DNA of 64,000 nucleotides from contig JBHGNT010000001.1 of NCBI GenBank assembly GCA_043228905.1, positions 22,878,001-22,942,000 of the forward strand, given 5' to 3'. Below are positions 50,465-63,000 of this stretch, one piece after another; the first letter of the stretch is position 1, and every line of letters begins with the position of its first letter. The notes beneath the pieces were generated by a model, which was not told the DNA's origin, searched no databases, and saw only the letters and a list, made by a program, of their open reading frames with translations. The position numbers were made by a program, and so were the translations under genes. Source of the DNA: Azolla caroliniana. Its lineage: Eukaryota; Plantae; Polypodiophyta.

Positions 50465-53400
50465 TCATATCATGACATTATCCCCTCGTTTAAAACGACG
50501 AGTGTAACGAGTCGTTTTGGATTGAGGACCCAGTTTGTCTGGATATTGACGATGGAAGTCTTCAAGAAGAGCACGAGCATTGGTGACATTCTCTATCGGT
50601 TCCCAAGTACGCTCGCTGGGACTATATCCTAGCCAATCGACTAGATAGTAGAGCTTGTTGCGAACAAACTTGGAATCAAGGATGGCGGCAACCTCGTACC
50701 CAGGTCCATCTTCAAGCTCGATCGGGGGTGGAGGTTGTGTAATACGGCCTGGGATGGTGCTCTCTTGATAGGGTTCGAGGAGAGAACTATGAAACACTGG
50801 ATGTATCCGAAGTTGTGGAGGTAGATCAAGACGAAAAGCGACATCATTAATCTTTCCTATAATACGGAGAGGACCTAATCGCCGATAATCCAACTTCTCG
50901 TATGGGCGAGTAATCTTGATGTGTCGTCGGAGTAGCCATACCCGATCTCCAATGTTAAAACTAGATGGGAGTCGATGACGATCCGCATAAACCTTGTGTG
51001 TTTGTTGAGCTTGTTGGAGATGAGTAGACAAATCCACTTGTATCTTGCGTAACCTCTCCAAACGATCCTCTGCGCGAGGATTTGTGGACAACTCTGGGGT
51101 TTCAAGTACACACCACCGGGGGTGACATCCCGTATAAGCATAAAATGGCGTAACTTTCGTGGATGTGTGGATAGAGTTGTTATAGGCAAATTCGGCGAAG
51201 TGGAGAATATCTACCTAGTCATCCTAATGATAGCTGAGAAAGCACCGTAGATACTGCTCCAGCGTTTGATTGGTTCGTTCGGCTTGGCCGTCGGTTTGTG
51301 GGTGGTAGCCGGAGGAGAGGTTACAACTGACCTTGAGCATGTTAAAAAGGTGCTTCCAGAATTTTGACACGAACTGGGGTCCACGGTCGCTGATGATACT
51401 ATCAAGAAGTCCATGATGCCGACATACTTCACGCATGACAATTTCGGCAGTGTCTTCACTGGAGATCTCCTTAGTACATGGCAAGAAATGAGCCATCTTC
51501 GTATATCGATCGACCACCGTTAGAATCGCATTGAACACCTTAGAGACTGGAAGATCTGTGATGAAGTCTAGAGCAATGGATTGCCACGACTTGCTTGGAA
51601 TTGGTAATGGTTCTAATAAACCATATGGATGATGCCTTGGCATTTTCGCTCTGCAACATGTATCACAAGTCCAAACAAAATCCTCGACAAATTGTCGCAT
51701 ATAGGGCCACCAGAATTATCGTTGTACTAAATGTAGTGTTTTAGTACTACCAAAATGCCCAACTGTATATGTGTCATGACAGTTTTGTACTACTTGAAGG
51801 CGGCAAGAACCATTAGGAACATACAAAAGTTCTTTAAAGAAGAGTAATCCATCATGGTATTTGAATTGCCGATAGTCCGTACCTGGTGGTTGCGACTGTG
51901 AACACAACGCTCGAGAGGGATCAATTTGTGCTAGTATAGCTTGGGCGAACGCATCTGTCTTCAAGTCTTCGCATATGGTATCGATAACGCGGGAATCCAT
52001 GGGCATGTCAAAGATCTGTGTTGCTTGTAGTCGTGTCGGTCCCAAGATGACTTATTTTTGGTTATCGAAAGCTGGCTCGCCGGGACGGGGTGCTAGATAC
52101 GAACGTCGTGATAATGCATCTACCTTCCCTTGGTGCTTCCCCGGACGATATGTAATTTTGAAGTCGAAACGCGTGAGGAAGTGGGCCCACCGAGCTTGAC
52201 ATCGATTCAACACACGAGCATCCTAAAAGTAGGCAAGGTTCTTGTGGTCACTAAATACGGTGACCGGATGAGAGGATCCCTCCAGAAAATGCCTCCATTG
52301 CATAAAAGAATCCACTATTGCCAATAGTTCCTTATCATGAATTTCGTAGTTGATTTCGGCGGCGTCAAACTTGCGTGAGTGAAAAGCCACAGGATGTAGC
52401 TTCTCATCATTCCCCTGTTGTGACAGAATGCTCCCTAATGCAAAATCCGATGCGTCAGCTTCGATAATGAATGGTTTTTCCGGATCGACATGAGCTAGAA
52501 TTGGAGCCGAGGTAAATGCCTTTTTAAGACTCTCGAAATCCACATCCGTTTCTTCAGACCAGATGAACGGTTGTCCCTTCCTGGTAAGTTATGTGAGAGG
52601 TAGAACGATCTTTGAGTAATCTTGTATGAACTTTCGGTAAAAATTGGCAAAGCCTAGGAAGCATTGCACATCCCGCACCGAACGCGGAGTCTGCCATTCT
52701 ACCACCGTTTTGACCTTAGCTGGGTCCATGGAGATGCCTTCTGACGAAATGATGTAGCCAAGAAATTCCACTTGGTTGCATCTGAAACTACATTTTTCCA
52801 GCTTTGCATACAGACCATGTTCTCAAAGTCGTTTTAGTACTAATAGTACATGAGAATCATGTTCTTCTTGGGTCTTTGAATAAACCAGTAGATCATCCAA
52901 ATAGATGATCAAACAATCATCCAAAAGATCTCGGAATATATCATTAGCCATGTGTTGGAAGACTGTTGGTGCATAAGTGAGGCCGAACGACATGACCATA
53001 TACTCGAAGTGCCCATATCTGGTGCGAAACGCGGTCTTCCATTCGTCTCCTGGTCGGATCCATACGAGGTTATATGCTCCCCGTAAGTCAATCTTCATGA
53101 AGAACTTGGCACCATTGATCCGTTATAAAAGACTTGAGATAAGGGGAAGAGCATACCTATTCCTGATTGTAACCTTATTCAAGCCACGGTAATCTACAAC
53201 GAGACGAAGCAATCCATCCTTTTTCTTGACGAAGAAAATGGGCGCGCCCGCTGGAGATTTCGAATGCCGGATGAAACCATTTTCCAAATTCTCCTCTATA
53301 TAGGCCCGAAGGACTTCCAGCTCGGTTGGTGACAAATTGTAGATCGGTCCCCATGGCGGGTCTTTTCCCGGTTGTAAATCGATGGGGCAATCGTACGATC

Positions 53401-54067
53401 GATGATGAGGAAGTGTGTTGGCTTGTACTTTATCAAACACATCGGCGTAATGACGATACTTCTCAGGAAGTTGAATGGTGGATTCTTCTTTAGTGGTGCT
53501 GGAGGGGTTTACTGATATTGCAAAGAGGAACATTTCCTCCTTGTGCCCTTCTTTACGCAACTGACGTAGCGAAATTGTTGCCATCTTTTGAGTTGACCCT
53601 TGGGTTTGTCGACACCGGATTTTTCTTGTTCTCCAATCTATGTCTGGGTTATGTAACTCGAACCACGGTAATCCTAAAACTATGGGATGTTCTGGGATAC
53701 TAATAATATTAAATGATACTACACATGCTAAGTTATCTAGGACAATATTAATGGGCTCTGACTCTTCTATGATATTTCCGGAAGCAATGGGACGTTCATC
53801 AATGACTACTATAGAGGCTGGACACTGGAGTTTTCTTAGGGATATCTTATGAGCTTGAGAAAATTTCTTATCCATAAAGCAAGAGTTAGCTCCGGAATCT
53901 AGGACTGCTACGACATGTACTGGAGGGGTACTTTTAGTACTAACTATTACTTGGGCTACGAACACATCACTAACTTGCTTAGAGGGAATGGGACCACTAA
54001 TGGGCTGCACAGATCTAGGGTTGTCCAACCAAACGGCTCCTATTTTGGCTGGACTTAGTCGTTTAAC
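50465..54067 (-). pseudogene. pol: Chromovirus Pol (PR-RT-RH-INT-chromodomain), interrupted by several stops
   Basis: ORF pieces 53123-54028, 52823-53098, 52589-52771, 52223-52543, 51716-52045, 51224-51700 and 50465-51091. Confidence 0.9.
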
Positions 54068-55005
54068 TCTTCTTCTAACTGACTAAGGACATCAAATTTG
54101 TTCGCTAGATCTGGGCTATTAGTACTATTAGGACTATCAGATATCCCTACTGAAATAGGCTCGGGTTTAGTACAATTAGAACTAACGACTATTTGGTTTA
54201 CCTGTCTTCTTGGCCTATGGGGGCAATTTACTGCAATATGTCCTGGTTCACCGCAGTAAAGACATAGTCGATTTGTACGGCGTCGCTGCTTTTCTTCTTC
54301 GGATAATGGCCCTCGACGACGTGTAGTGTCAATCTCCATCGGAGTCGGAGTATTCGCTGGAGGCACATTATATGACTCCCTCGGAAAAGGTCTTGCTACC
54401 ACTGAGGCGTAGGTGGGCTCTGATCTTGCCCTCGGCATCTGTAGCTGTCGTTCTGAACGTCGCTCAAAGAGGCGGTTGTCACATCTCACCACGCGACTGA
54501 TTGCTTCTGTTAAGGACTTTGGCTCTTCGGGGAAGGTCAAGAGTAAATCCTTGACATCGTTGCGTAAACCATAACGGAATTGCTCCATCAACGCTTGATC
54601 ATCCCAAGGGATATCGGCGGCGAGTAGGCGAAAATCTGCAGCGTATGCAGAGGCTGGACGGTCACCTTGGCGTAATCGCTGAATTTTGTTGATTACGGTC
54701 CTGATGCTGTCAGTATCTCCGAAACATGCTTTAAACTCACCTAGAAACTCTTCAAAATTGTTGAGTAACGGAGATTCCTTCTCTAATAGTGGAGCGAACC
54801 ATGCCAACGCTGAGCCACTTAACAAAGTGCCTACTAAACCCACTCGTGATGCATCGGTGGGATACTGGGAAGGATGCATTTGAATAACTAATCGTACCTG
54901 GTTAAGGAACCCTCTAAACTGCAATCGCGTTCCATCGAACTTCGTGGGAAGGCCAATCTTGGGTTCTTTATGAATCCCTTGTGTTTCGGGCCCTTGTTGT
55001 TGCAT
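54055..55005 (-). CDS. gag: Chromovirus Gag (PEG10/Tf1-like capsid plus zinc knuckle)
   Basis: 316-aa open frame with PTKFDG, LRQG, TPMEID and a CCHC motif. The 5' end may extend further in a shifted frame. Confidence 0.85.
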   Translation of the reverse strand: MQQQGPETQGIHKEPKIGLPTKFDGTRLQFRGFLNQVRLVIQMHPSQYPTDASRVGLVGTLLSGSALAWFAPLLEKESPLLNNFEEFLGEFKACFGDTDSIRTVINKIQRLRQGDRPASAYAADFRLLAADIPWDDQALMEQFRYGLRNDVKDLLLTFPEEPKSLTEAISRVVRCDNRLFERRSERQLQMPRARSEPTYASVVARPFPRESYNVPPANTPTPMEIDTTRRRGPLSEEEKQRRRTNRLCLYCGEPGHIAVNCPHRPRRQVNQIVVSSNCTKPEPISVGISDSPNSTNSPDLANKFDVLSQLEEELND

Positions 55006-58000
55006 CGCTACGATGGTTGCTTAGAGTTGTTGCACGCGTAACGCAAGTTCCCCATGTTGTTGTTGCGTTTGCTGTTTTTCTAAGGAGATTTGCTAAAGAT
55101 CCCCCAGCAACCGTTGGTTTTCTTGTTCCAAAGCTTGGAACTTCTCTTTCAAGCATTGAAATTCCAAGAAAACAGATTGATATTCTTCAGTGCTAACAGT
55201 GGCCGTGGGATGAAAGAAAAGAGGAATAAGAGATTAGTAAGAAATGAGAGAGACAGAAGGTAGGGAAAATCGGTTCAAACTGTCAGGAACAGTACTAAGA
55301 CAGAGAAGGACTTAGTACTAAAAGAAGTATTAGTACTAAGAGAGGTGAAGAACTCTCGAGAGAAGGAAAGAGTGAGTGAGAGGGAGGGAGAGAGAGAGAG
55401 AGAGAGAGAGTGATGATAAGAAAAGATATATATTATGTGAAGAAAATGTACAATAACTAGGAGGCTTAAGACTGGCGTTGAACCGATTTGGTTCGAAATA
55501 ATGCCTTGTGCCTCCTTTCATAGTGTTCTAAGGAATACTCCTAAAGTTTCTAGAATGTTCCAGAGAAATCTAGAATATACATCAATTTTCTATAATAAAA
55601 CATAAATGAAAATAATATTCTACATATTACAATGTATAATCTAATGGTCAAGAGCTCGACCCATGTAGCATAAGGTCATGGGTTTGAGTCTTGCCATATC
55701 ATGACACTATGCATGTAATATATATTTTAATATTTCCTCTCTTTTTCTTATTTATTGAATCGGGTACTTTATACGTTTTTCACGTAGTGTACAAAATACA
55801 CTACGACACTCACCCCCTCCGAACCCGCACATCCTCCGGTATGTGCCGAAATTGCCAGTGCTCATAATTCTCCTTTACCCATAGCATCCTCCATTTCTCT
55901 TGGTATGTCGACTTTGTCTCTCCATTTTGAGCACATCCATTCTTTCCACCCAAACCATTGTCACCATCCGATCCACCATATTCTTCGTTCACTCTTTGCA
56001 TGGCCATGACTGGTTGTCATAACTCGTTGTGTTCTTCTTGAGCTTAACCCTTCATGTCTCGTGCATGTGCCACCTTCGTTCTGACTGTGTCCTTCGTCAA
56101 GGCACTCTGCACTTCGTCCACCTTCATCGTACAATCTCGCATTAGAGTTGACAATCTTCATGTTAGAGTCCTCCTTTTTTGTCGAGATCTCATACTCGCT
56201 AACACCCTTCAAATCCGCTTGGTCCTTGTCAACCATGGTAATGTGCCTACTTGGTATCTTCCTCGTGTTCATCGGCCTTGATTGTTTCGACCTCTGGTTG
56301 AGTCGAATTAGCTTCTTTCCGGATTGGTCTCGTCTGATTGGCTTTCGGCTAGGTCGGCTTCCATCCGTATTCGCGTTCGGCCAAATCGGACTCAATTGCT
56401 CAGTTTCGACCGAGTCGGGCCCCTTCCGGTTCGGGTTTGACCGATCGGTTTTGGATATAGAACCTCGTGAATCCCACAAGTATATTGTATTAGATTAATC
56501 AATATTAAGATAAGAATATGAAAAGAAAAAGGAAGTCGAGTTGACTAGAAAAGTCAACGGCGATGATGGTAGAGTCAAAAAGGACAAAGCCGATCGGAAG
56601 AAGGCCAAGACCCGAACGTGGTCCGATGTGGTGAAGGGCCTGAAAACGGAAGACGAGTTGGAGACTACTAGCTTGAACAAGAGCCGGAACGAATCGAAGG
56701 CAACCGATTTGGACAAGAGCTAGAACGAATTGGAGGAAGCAAATTCGGTTCAACAATTTGATTGGGAGGTGCCAAATCAACTAAAGGCCAAGGGGACGAG
56801 AAGGCTACGGAAGTCGACACTGATACAAAGGAACCGATGGGTCGACAAGCGCTGGATTCATAGCAGCGAAGGAGCTGAGATGGGCCTACTGAGCAGACAA
56901 GCCGACCAAGGAGGTTGAGGTGTGCAGAACCGGACGGGTGGCGGGAAGCGGAACAGGACCGGAAGAGGAGCGCGAGCAAGGCGAGAAGACGCCAAAAGGA
57001 GCCGAAGGAAAGGACTGGCTACTATAGAAACTAACACCACGATCCAACCTCAAGTTGAGCTTGAGGGGGAGTGTTGAGCGAGCAAGCTGAACTGGGTCCG
57101 AATTGGCTAAATAAGCCATAGCCCGATCGGTATCCGGATCAAAGAGTGGGGTCGGTATCTGGATCGGAGAGCTGGATCGGATTGAAACAGAAGATTATTA
57201 TTTTTTAATTGAGTTTATGTTCTTCTCTCTCTTTGTCTCTCCTGTGTATTCTTTGTGTAAGGTCTCCATTAAATCTTCTTCTCTACGTTCTGTTGGTATC
57301 CGGTTGAGCCGGTTTGTCATACGCTTCCACATATTAACTTTAACATTTCCCTTAATCAGATAAACCCAAACTTTCCTAGTGGCATCATCACTGAAAGTAA
57401 CAAAGTACAATGCACCACCCAAAGATCTTGTGGGCATAGGTCCACAAACAACCGTGTGAACAAGATCCAATGGTTTAGTGGATGAGTTAACACTGGTCTT
57501 ATGTGCACTTTTGGTTTGCTTACCATGTTGGCAATGTTCACATAAGGCAAAATCAGAGAATGACAACTTAGGTAAGTGGCCTTAACGAGATAGAATTTCC
57601 ATACCATTTCTCGACATGCTCGTCATTGGTTGGTTTGTGACAACCAACAAATGTTCTTTTTTATGAACAAATATGTCATTATAGACTAGTTTCCCATTTG
57701 GTTCACTATTACTAACAACAATGTAAAATGTGTCCCATGAGCTAGGCAAAGTGTATAACAGAAATACACATTTTAGCTCATCATCCATAGTCATTTTCAG
57801 AGCCTGTAATTGTGACCATAGTGCATCAAAATCATTCAAATGAGAGGTGACAATATCGTTGTCCTTCATTCTAAGATCATAAAGTTTTCTCATTCGATAA
57901 ACTTTATTTGATGCGATCTCTTTTTCATAAGTACTACATAGTTTAGTCCATAACTTTTCAACTGAGTCACAATCCAAGACCGTGAAGTATAAATTGTCAG

Positions 58001-59042
58001 CTAGGTGCAATCTTGTGGTAGACATTGCCAAGAGATCGCGCTCTTCCCAATCGTCATTGATCATGCCCTTAGGTCTCTTGGGCTCACCATCTAATGGCCT
58101 TAATTTCCTTCTTTGAATTAGAACATCTCTCATCTAATTCTTCCACAAGGCGAAGTTAGATCCATCAAATTTATGGATCTCAAGATGGTCTTTTCCACTC
58201 ATAGAGTGATTTCTATGGGAATTAAAGGAACCACCGCATGAGGTACTTGAAACCATAGACATTTCAGATGCCATTAAGTGGTAAGTAAGTCTAGTTGATT
58301 GCAACTCTAAGCACCTAATGGTAGTTGGGACGCTAGTCACTAGCTAGTCTCAAATACAACTATCACCTTGTTCAAAAGATAATATGTATACGTAACTATC
58401 ATGGGCCCTCCAAAAACTAGAACTATTTGTGTTCACCGACGAACAACGCCTCACTTGTATTTCAACCAAAGGTAAATGGAATGTGACTAAAACACAACTT
58501 CCAATTTTACAATCTCACCTTAAGTGAGCAAGCATTTAACATGAAATCCTCTTTTTGTAAACCAGAAACACTCCTCTCTTGTAAAAAACCAAAGACTAGT
58601 AAATATGTATTTACTATTTCTATTGTCTCTAGGTCGAAAGAGGGAAAATATCTCTTGAATGATGTGTTCCAAAGCAAAAATGGCTCACAAAAGAGGGAGA
58701 AAATGAGTTGTCACAGCAGCAAGTAATAGATATTACCTCTGTTTGGCAAGTTTCTACAAATAGCATACGCAGAGAGGGACAAATACAGAGAGACGAATGA
58801 TTCCTACTAGAGACGATGTCTTTCCCAAAGTTCTTCGATCTGATACCACTGTTATTTGAGCAAGGAGCAATAGACAACTTGTTTTTTTTTTTGCAGAGAA
58901 GAAGACTAAACAACACACAAGGAAAAACGCACAAAAAGTAAGACACAAGAAAATGTTTTGGCAAGCACAAAAAACCTAATTGTTTATTAGCTTATATACT
59001 TAGTGATTACCTTTTTGGCCTTTATAACTATCTATCACTCAC

Positions 59043-59338
59043 AAGTTTGTGGTCCTGTCAGAATATCAGTGTTCGCCTATTAATCTAGGGAGTGCGATAA
59101 CTACTTGTACACTCTTGTATTCATAGTGAAGTTTTGGTGACCGGAGGGCACCTATGGTTTTTCCCTAATTTAGGGTTTCTACGTAAATCCTGTGTTTCCT
59201 ATTTGTAGTTGTGTTTTAGTTTTTTTGTTTTCTATTGTTTCGGACCTTAATCTTTCATTTCCAAATGGTGAATTCTAAAGATAAAGTGATGAATTGTGTA
59301 ACTAATGGTGGATTGTTGAACCCTAAAACAATCTTACA
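59043..59338 (+). repeat. Second half of the Tork-like LTR begun at 30867
   Basis: ATAGTGAA...GGTTTTTCCC..TAGGGTTTCTACGT motif, as in the LTR at 22275-22953. Confidence 0.7.
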
Positions 59339-59697
59339 TGAAAACACTTTATGCTTGTTTTGTGGAGAGAAAGCTCAAGCCAAATGACAGATTATGATGA
59401 TTGTTTTCCTTGTGATATTGTTGCTAGTCTAGATTCTTCTTGGTTTTTAATAACATGTGTAAAACAATTATATATTAAATGACCCCACTTCCTACTTTGG
59501 AGTCACTTTGGTAGGGGAGTAGTCATATTTTGAGAGAAGGATTGTGTGATGAGGCTTTTCTACACAAAAGAATCCATGGGAACATAATATTATGGAAAGA
59601 CTAGTTCAAATTGAATTATGGATTCTTTATTATTTTATTAAGATAGTTGAATAAGGTGGTTGGTTTCAAACTATTAGGATCGTGACCGCCCACAACC

Positions 59698-60085
59698 TGT
59701 TACTCGTATGTATATTCGGGTGCAGAAATCGAGAAACGACAGTGCACAAACAAAAAGACGAGAAAGAAAAAAAACACAAGTATAGAGACAGAATATTTTA
59801 ACGTGGAAAATCCGAAAGGAAAAAACCACAAGGTTCCACAAACCCCAAGAAACGAATCACGAGGCTAGGTCACATGAGTGAGAAGGGTCTGCATCTATTA
59901 GCCAACCAAAAACTTCGACCAGAGGTAAAGGGGGTGCACTTGGAGAAGTGCATCGACTGCTTAGTTGCAAAGCATAACAGAGCAGCATTCCACCCAAGAC
60001 CACCAAGAAGAAGAGAAGTGCAACTGGAACTAGTAGACACGGATGTGTGTTATGTAGATGCTCTGACACATTGAGGTGGACAACG
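59698..60085. mobile_element. Inverted Tork-like LTR end fused to an integrase fragment
   Basis: ACGTGGAAAA..AAAAACCAC LTR motif on the minus strand, then RLGHMSEKGL..CIDC on the plus strand. Confidence 0.6.
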
Positions 60086-63000
60086 TTGGGAAATCGGTCT
60101 ATTTTTCTTCCATTCGTTGTTCAAGACTCGGTTGTGGCCGAGCAATATTCCACGCTATTCTCGTCAAACTAGTATCAGAGTGAACAACACAGGAAATGGA
60201 AGAATCGTTCGGCGGCATGTTCAAGCTAACCGGCTCCAACTACTCAGTGTGGAAGTCAAAGATGAGGGATATGTTGGTGGTTAAAGATCTTTCGTTGCCG
60301 GTTCAGTTCGGGGACAAGAGACCGGATAAGATTGATGCCACAGTGTGGGAGGTGATGCACATGAAGACAACGGCAGACATCCGATGCTTCATCGACATGA
60401 GCCTGTACAACAAATTCAATGAAGAGAGCAAGGCTCATGAACTCTGGGAGAAGATCGGCATCATGTTCCAAAACAAGAATGTCGTTAATTGGGTTTCGGT
60501 ATTTCGGAAGATAGTGAGGCTCTAGTAGCAAGACGGCTCCAGTATGGTGAAGCACATGACTGTCTTCCACGGGCTAATACATCAAACAACCTCGTTGGAA
60601 GTACCTCTTGCCGATGATAGCTGTCCCGTTAGTTGCCACGGGATAATAGATAGTTGGGAGACGTTAGTTGTCACGTTGGGCAACGCCTGGCCGGAAGGAA
60701 AGAAGTTGTCCCTACCAAGGGTAAAATCAAGCTTGTTAGATGAAGAAGCTCGCCGGAAGGACCAAGAGTCCGGAACCGATCCAAACGGAAGATGACCACA
60801 ATCAGGGAAGAGGCCGGTATCGGAGTCCCCAAAACCGGGACAAATCGGGGACGAGGTCGAAGTCAAGGGGGAGGCCTACTTGCTTCTATTGTGGGAAGTT
60901 GGGTCACTTCCTGAAGAACTGTCGGCATTTCTGGAAAGAGAAAGAAACTGGCACTACCAATTCGAAGAAGAGTTCAAACCGAAATGGTTCGGACCGGAGA
61001 GGCCCGGATCGGAAAGGAACGTCGGCAATCGTGACAAGTGAAGAGGAACTGATGCTCATTACCAAGGAGAATGAGTTAAACCTTGTCGGCGACAAGACAA
61101 CGTGGGTTGACGATTCCGGAGTGTCGTTCCACCTGACACCGGATCGGAAATGCTTCTCATCCTACACAACCGGTGATCATGGTTGTGTCTGGATGGGGAA
61201 TGAAGGTACATGCCGAATTATCGGCATAGGAGATGTGTTGTTGATGACATCAATTGGATGCAAGTTGCTGTTGAAAGATGTCCGACACGTTTCGAATATT
61301 CGACTGACCTTGATATCAGTCGGTCGACTAGATGATGAAGGCTACACGAGTAGCATCTGGAACGGAATTATGAAGTTCAGCAAAGGGAGCCTAATAGTGG
61401 CTCGAGCCCGGAAGGTCAACACACTGTACTTGATGCATTCCCGGATATGCCGAGAAGAAGCGAACGTAGCATCCGACACTGCCGGTGAGCTATGGCACAA
61501 AAGACTGTGTCACATGAGTGAGAAGGGGATGAAGAGACTTGCTGAAGAAAATCTCATTCTGGTGAAGGACGTGCAACTTCAGAAGTGCACTGATTGTCTT
61601 GCTGCCAAGCAAAACTGAACCTCCTTTCGGTCAAGACCACCAATGAGACGGAATGCACCACTGGAGCTGGTGCATACCAATCTGTGTCAAGTGGACACGA
61701 AGTCACATGCCGGATCACGGTACTTTGTGATGTTCATAGATGACCACAACCGGAAGTTGTGGGTCTCACCGTTGAAGACGAAGGATCAAATGCTATCCGT
61801 CTTCAAAGAACTCCACGTGAGAGTGGAAAGAGAAACCAGTCGGAAGCTGAAGGCGGTTCAAGTAGATAACGGAGGAGAATATCGGGGGCAGTTCGAGGAG
61901 TATTGTCGGTCGAAGGGAATCCGGCTCGAATTTACCGTGCTGAAGACGTCGGAATTAAACAGGTTGGCTGAACGGATGAACCAGACCATAATGGAGAAAC
62001 TCTGAAGCATGCTAGCACATGCCAAGTTACCCAAGACGTTTTGGGTTGAGGCGCTAACGACGGCGACCTACGTGATAAATAGATCACCCTTAGTTAGTAC
62101 CCTTGGACAGAGACACACCGCAAAGAGTATGGGCCGGTAAGGACGTGTCTTACCGGCATCTAAAGGTGTTCAAATGTCTCGCTTACATGCATGTGGTGAA
62201 GGAAAACATAGCAAAGCTAGATCCGAATTCCAGCCATGCATATTCCTTGCATACAGCGATGATGAGTTCAGTTACTGGGTGTGGTATCTGGTAGACAAGA
62301 AGGTGTTCCGGAGTCGGAACATAGTGTTCATGGAAGACAGGACCATTGCCGACTAGGAGTCGGAGAAGAAGGTGATGAACTCCAGATCATCCAATGAAAA
62401 CCGGCTTGAGGATACAAGGATATACCTGGTTGGAAACCATATGGCAGCCGGTAACCGGATGACACTCAAAGAACCGGCCTAATACGGATAAGAAACTGAA
62501 CTTACCGAAGAAGAAGAAGAAGAAGAAGAAGGAGACATCGGAACCGAACAAGATCCCGAATAGGATTTGGATGAGGAAGAAACGGAGGAACCGGCAGTCA
62601 GAAACCAAGGACGGACATATCCTCTCCGAGAGAGAAGAGCCCCCCGGAGATTTCCGGATGCAAAGCATGTGTTGCTAACCGATGAGGGGGAGCCGAAAAG
62701 CTTTGAAGAAGCCAAGAGAGACACCCACAACCGCAAGTGGTTGAGTGTCGTGTAGGATGAGATGGATTACTTGCATGAGAACCACACATATGAACTAACG
62801 GAGTTGCCAAAAGGGAAGAGAGAACTCCGGAACAAGTGGGTGTACAAGCTGAAACCGGAAGATGCCGGAAATCCACCAAGGTATAAGGTCTGAATCGTGG
62901 TGAAGGGCTTCCAGCAGAAGAAAGGAGTGGACTTCAATGAAATCTTAGCCCCAGTAGTAAAGATGACATCCATCCGGACGGTATTGGGCATAGCGGCAAG

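Larger units (their letters stand above)
50046..55706 (-). mobile_element. Full-length Ty3/gypsy chromovirus (Tcn1/Tf1-sushi-like)
   Basis: LTRs at 55281-55706 and 50046-50477; TSD CTATG; PPT AAACGAGGGGATAA. Domain order is gag ([14 protein letters not shown]), PR (LDSGA), RT (YLDD), RH, INT (GPY/F-like), chromodomain (YEVAAILDS..YLVDWLGY..TWEP). Confidence 0.97.
47792..56510. mobile_element. Unclassified LTR-like element with a ~930-bp internal duplication, host to the chromovirus
   Basis: Begins TGTCA exactly where the copia RH stops. 48252-49182 is repeated as 49844-50045 plus 55712-56453. The right end is lost. Confidence 0.55.
43338..57345 (+). mobile_element. Decayed Ty1/copia of family B/C with nested insertions
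   Basis: LTRs at 43338-43720 and 57072-57345; TSD TTTCC; PBS at 43721; PPT at 57058-57071. gag at 43816-44375; PR-INT-RT-RH at 45580-47790 with an internal deletion near 46900. Confidence 0.9.
31393..59037 (-). mobile_element. Host Ty1/copia element with short LTRs, expanded by nested insertions
   Basis: LTRs at 58850-59037 and 31393-31592; TSD CTCAC on both sides; PBS TGGTATCAGA next to 58850; PPT AGTGGGAGAT. Coding pieces: gag 58200-57582, INT 57566-57346 and 43337-42772, linker 36907-36648, RT/RH 33691-31715. Confidence 0.9.

Noticed and set aside
50403-50472. Functional tRNA gene
   Set aside because: No convincing acceptor or anticodon stem; treated as tRNA-like only.
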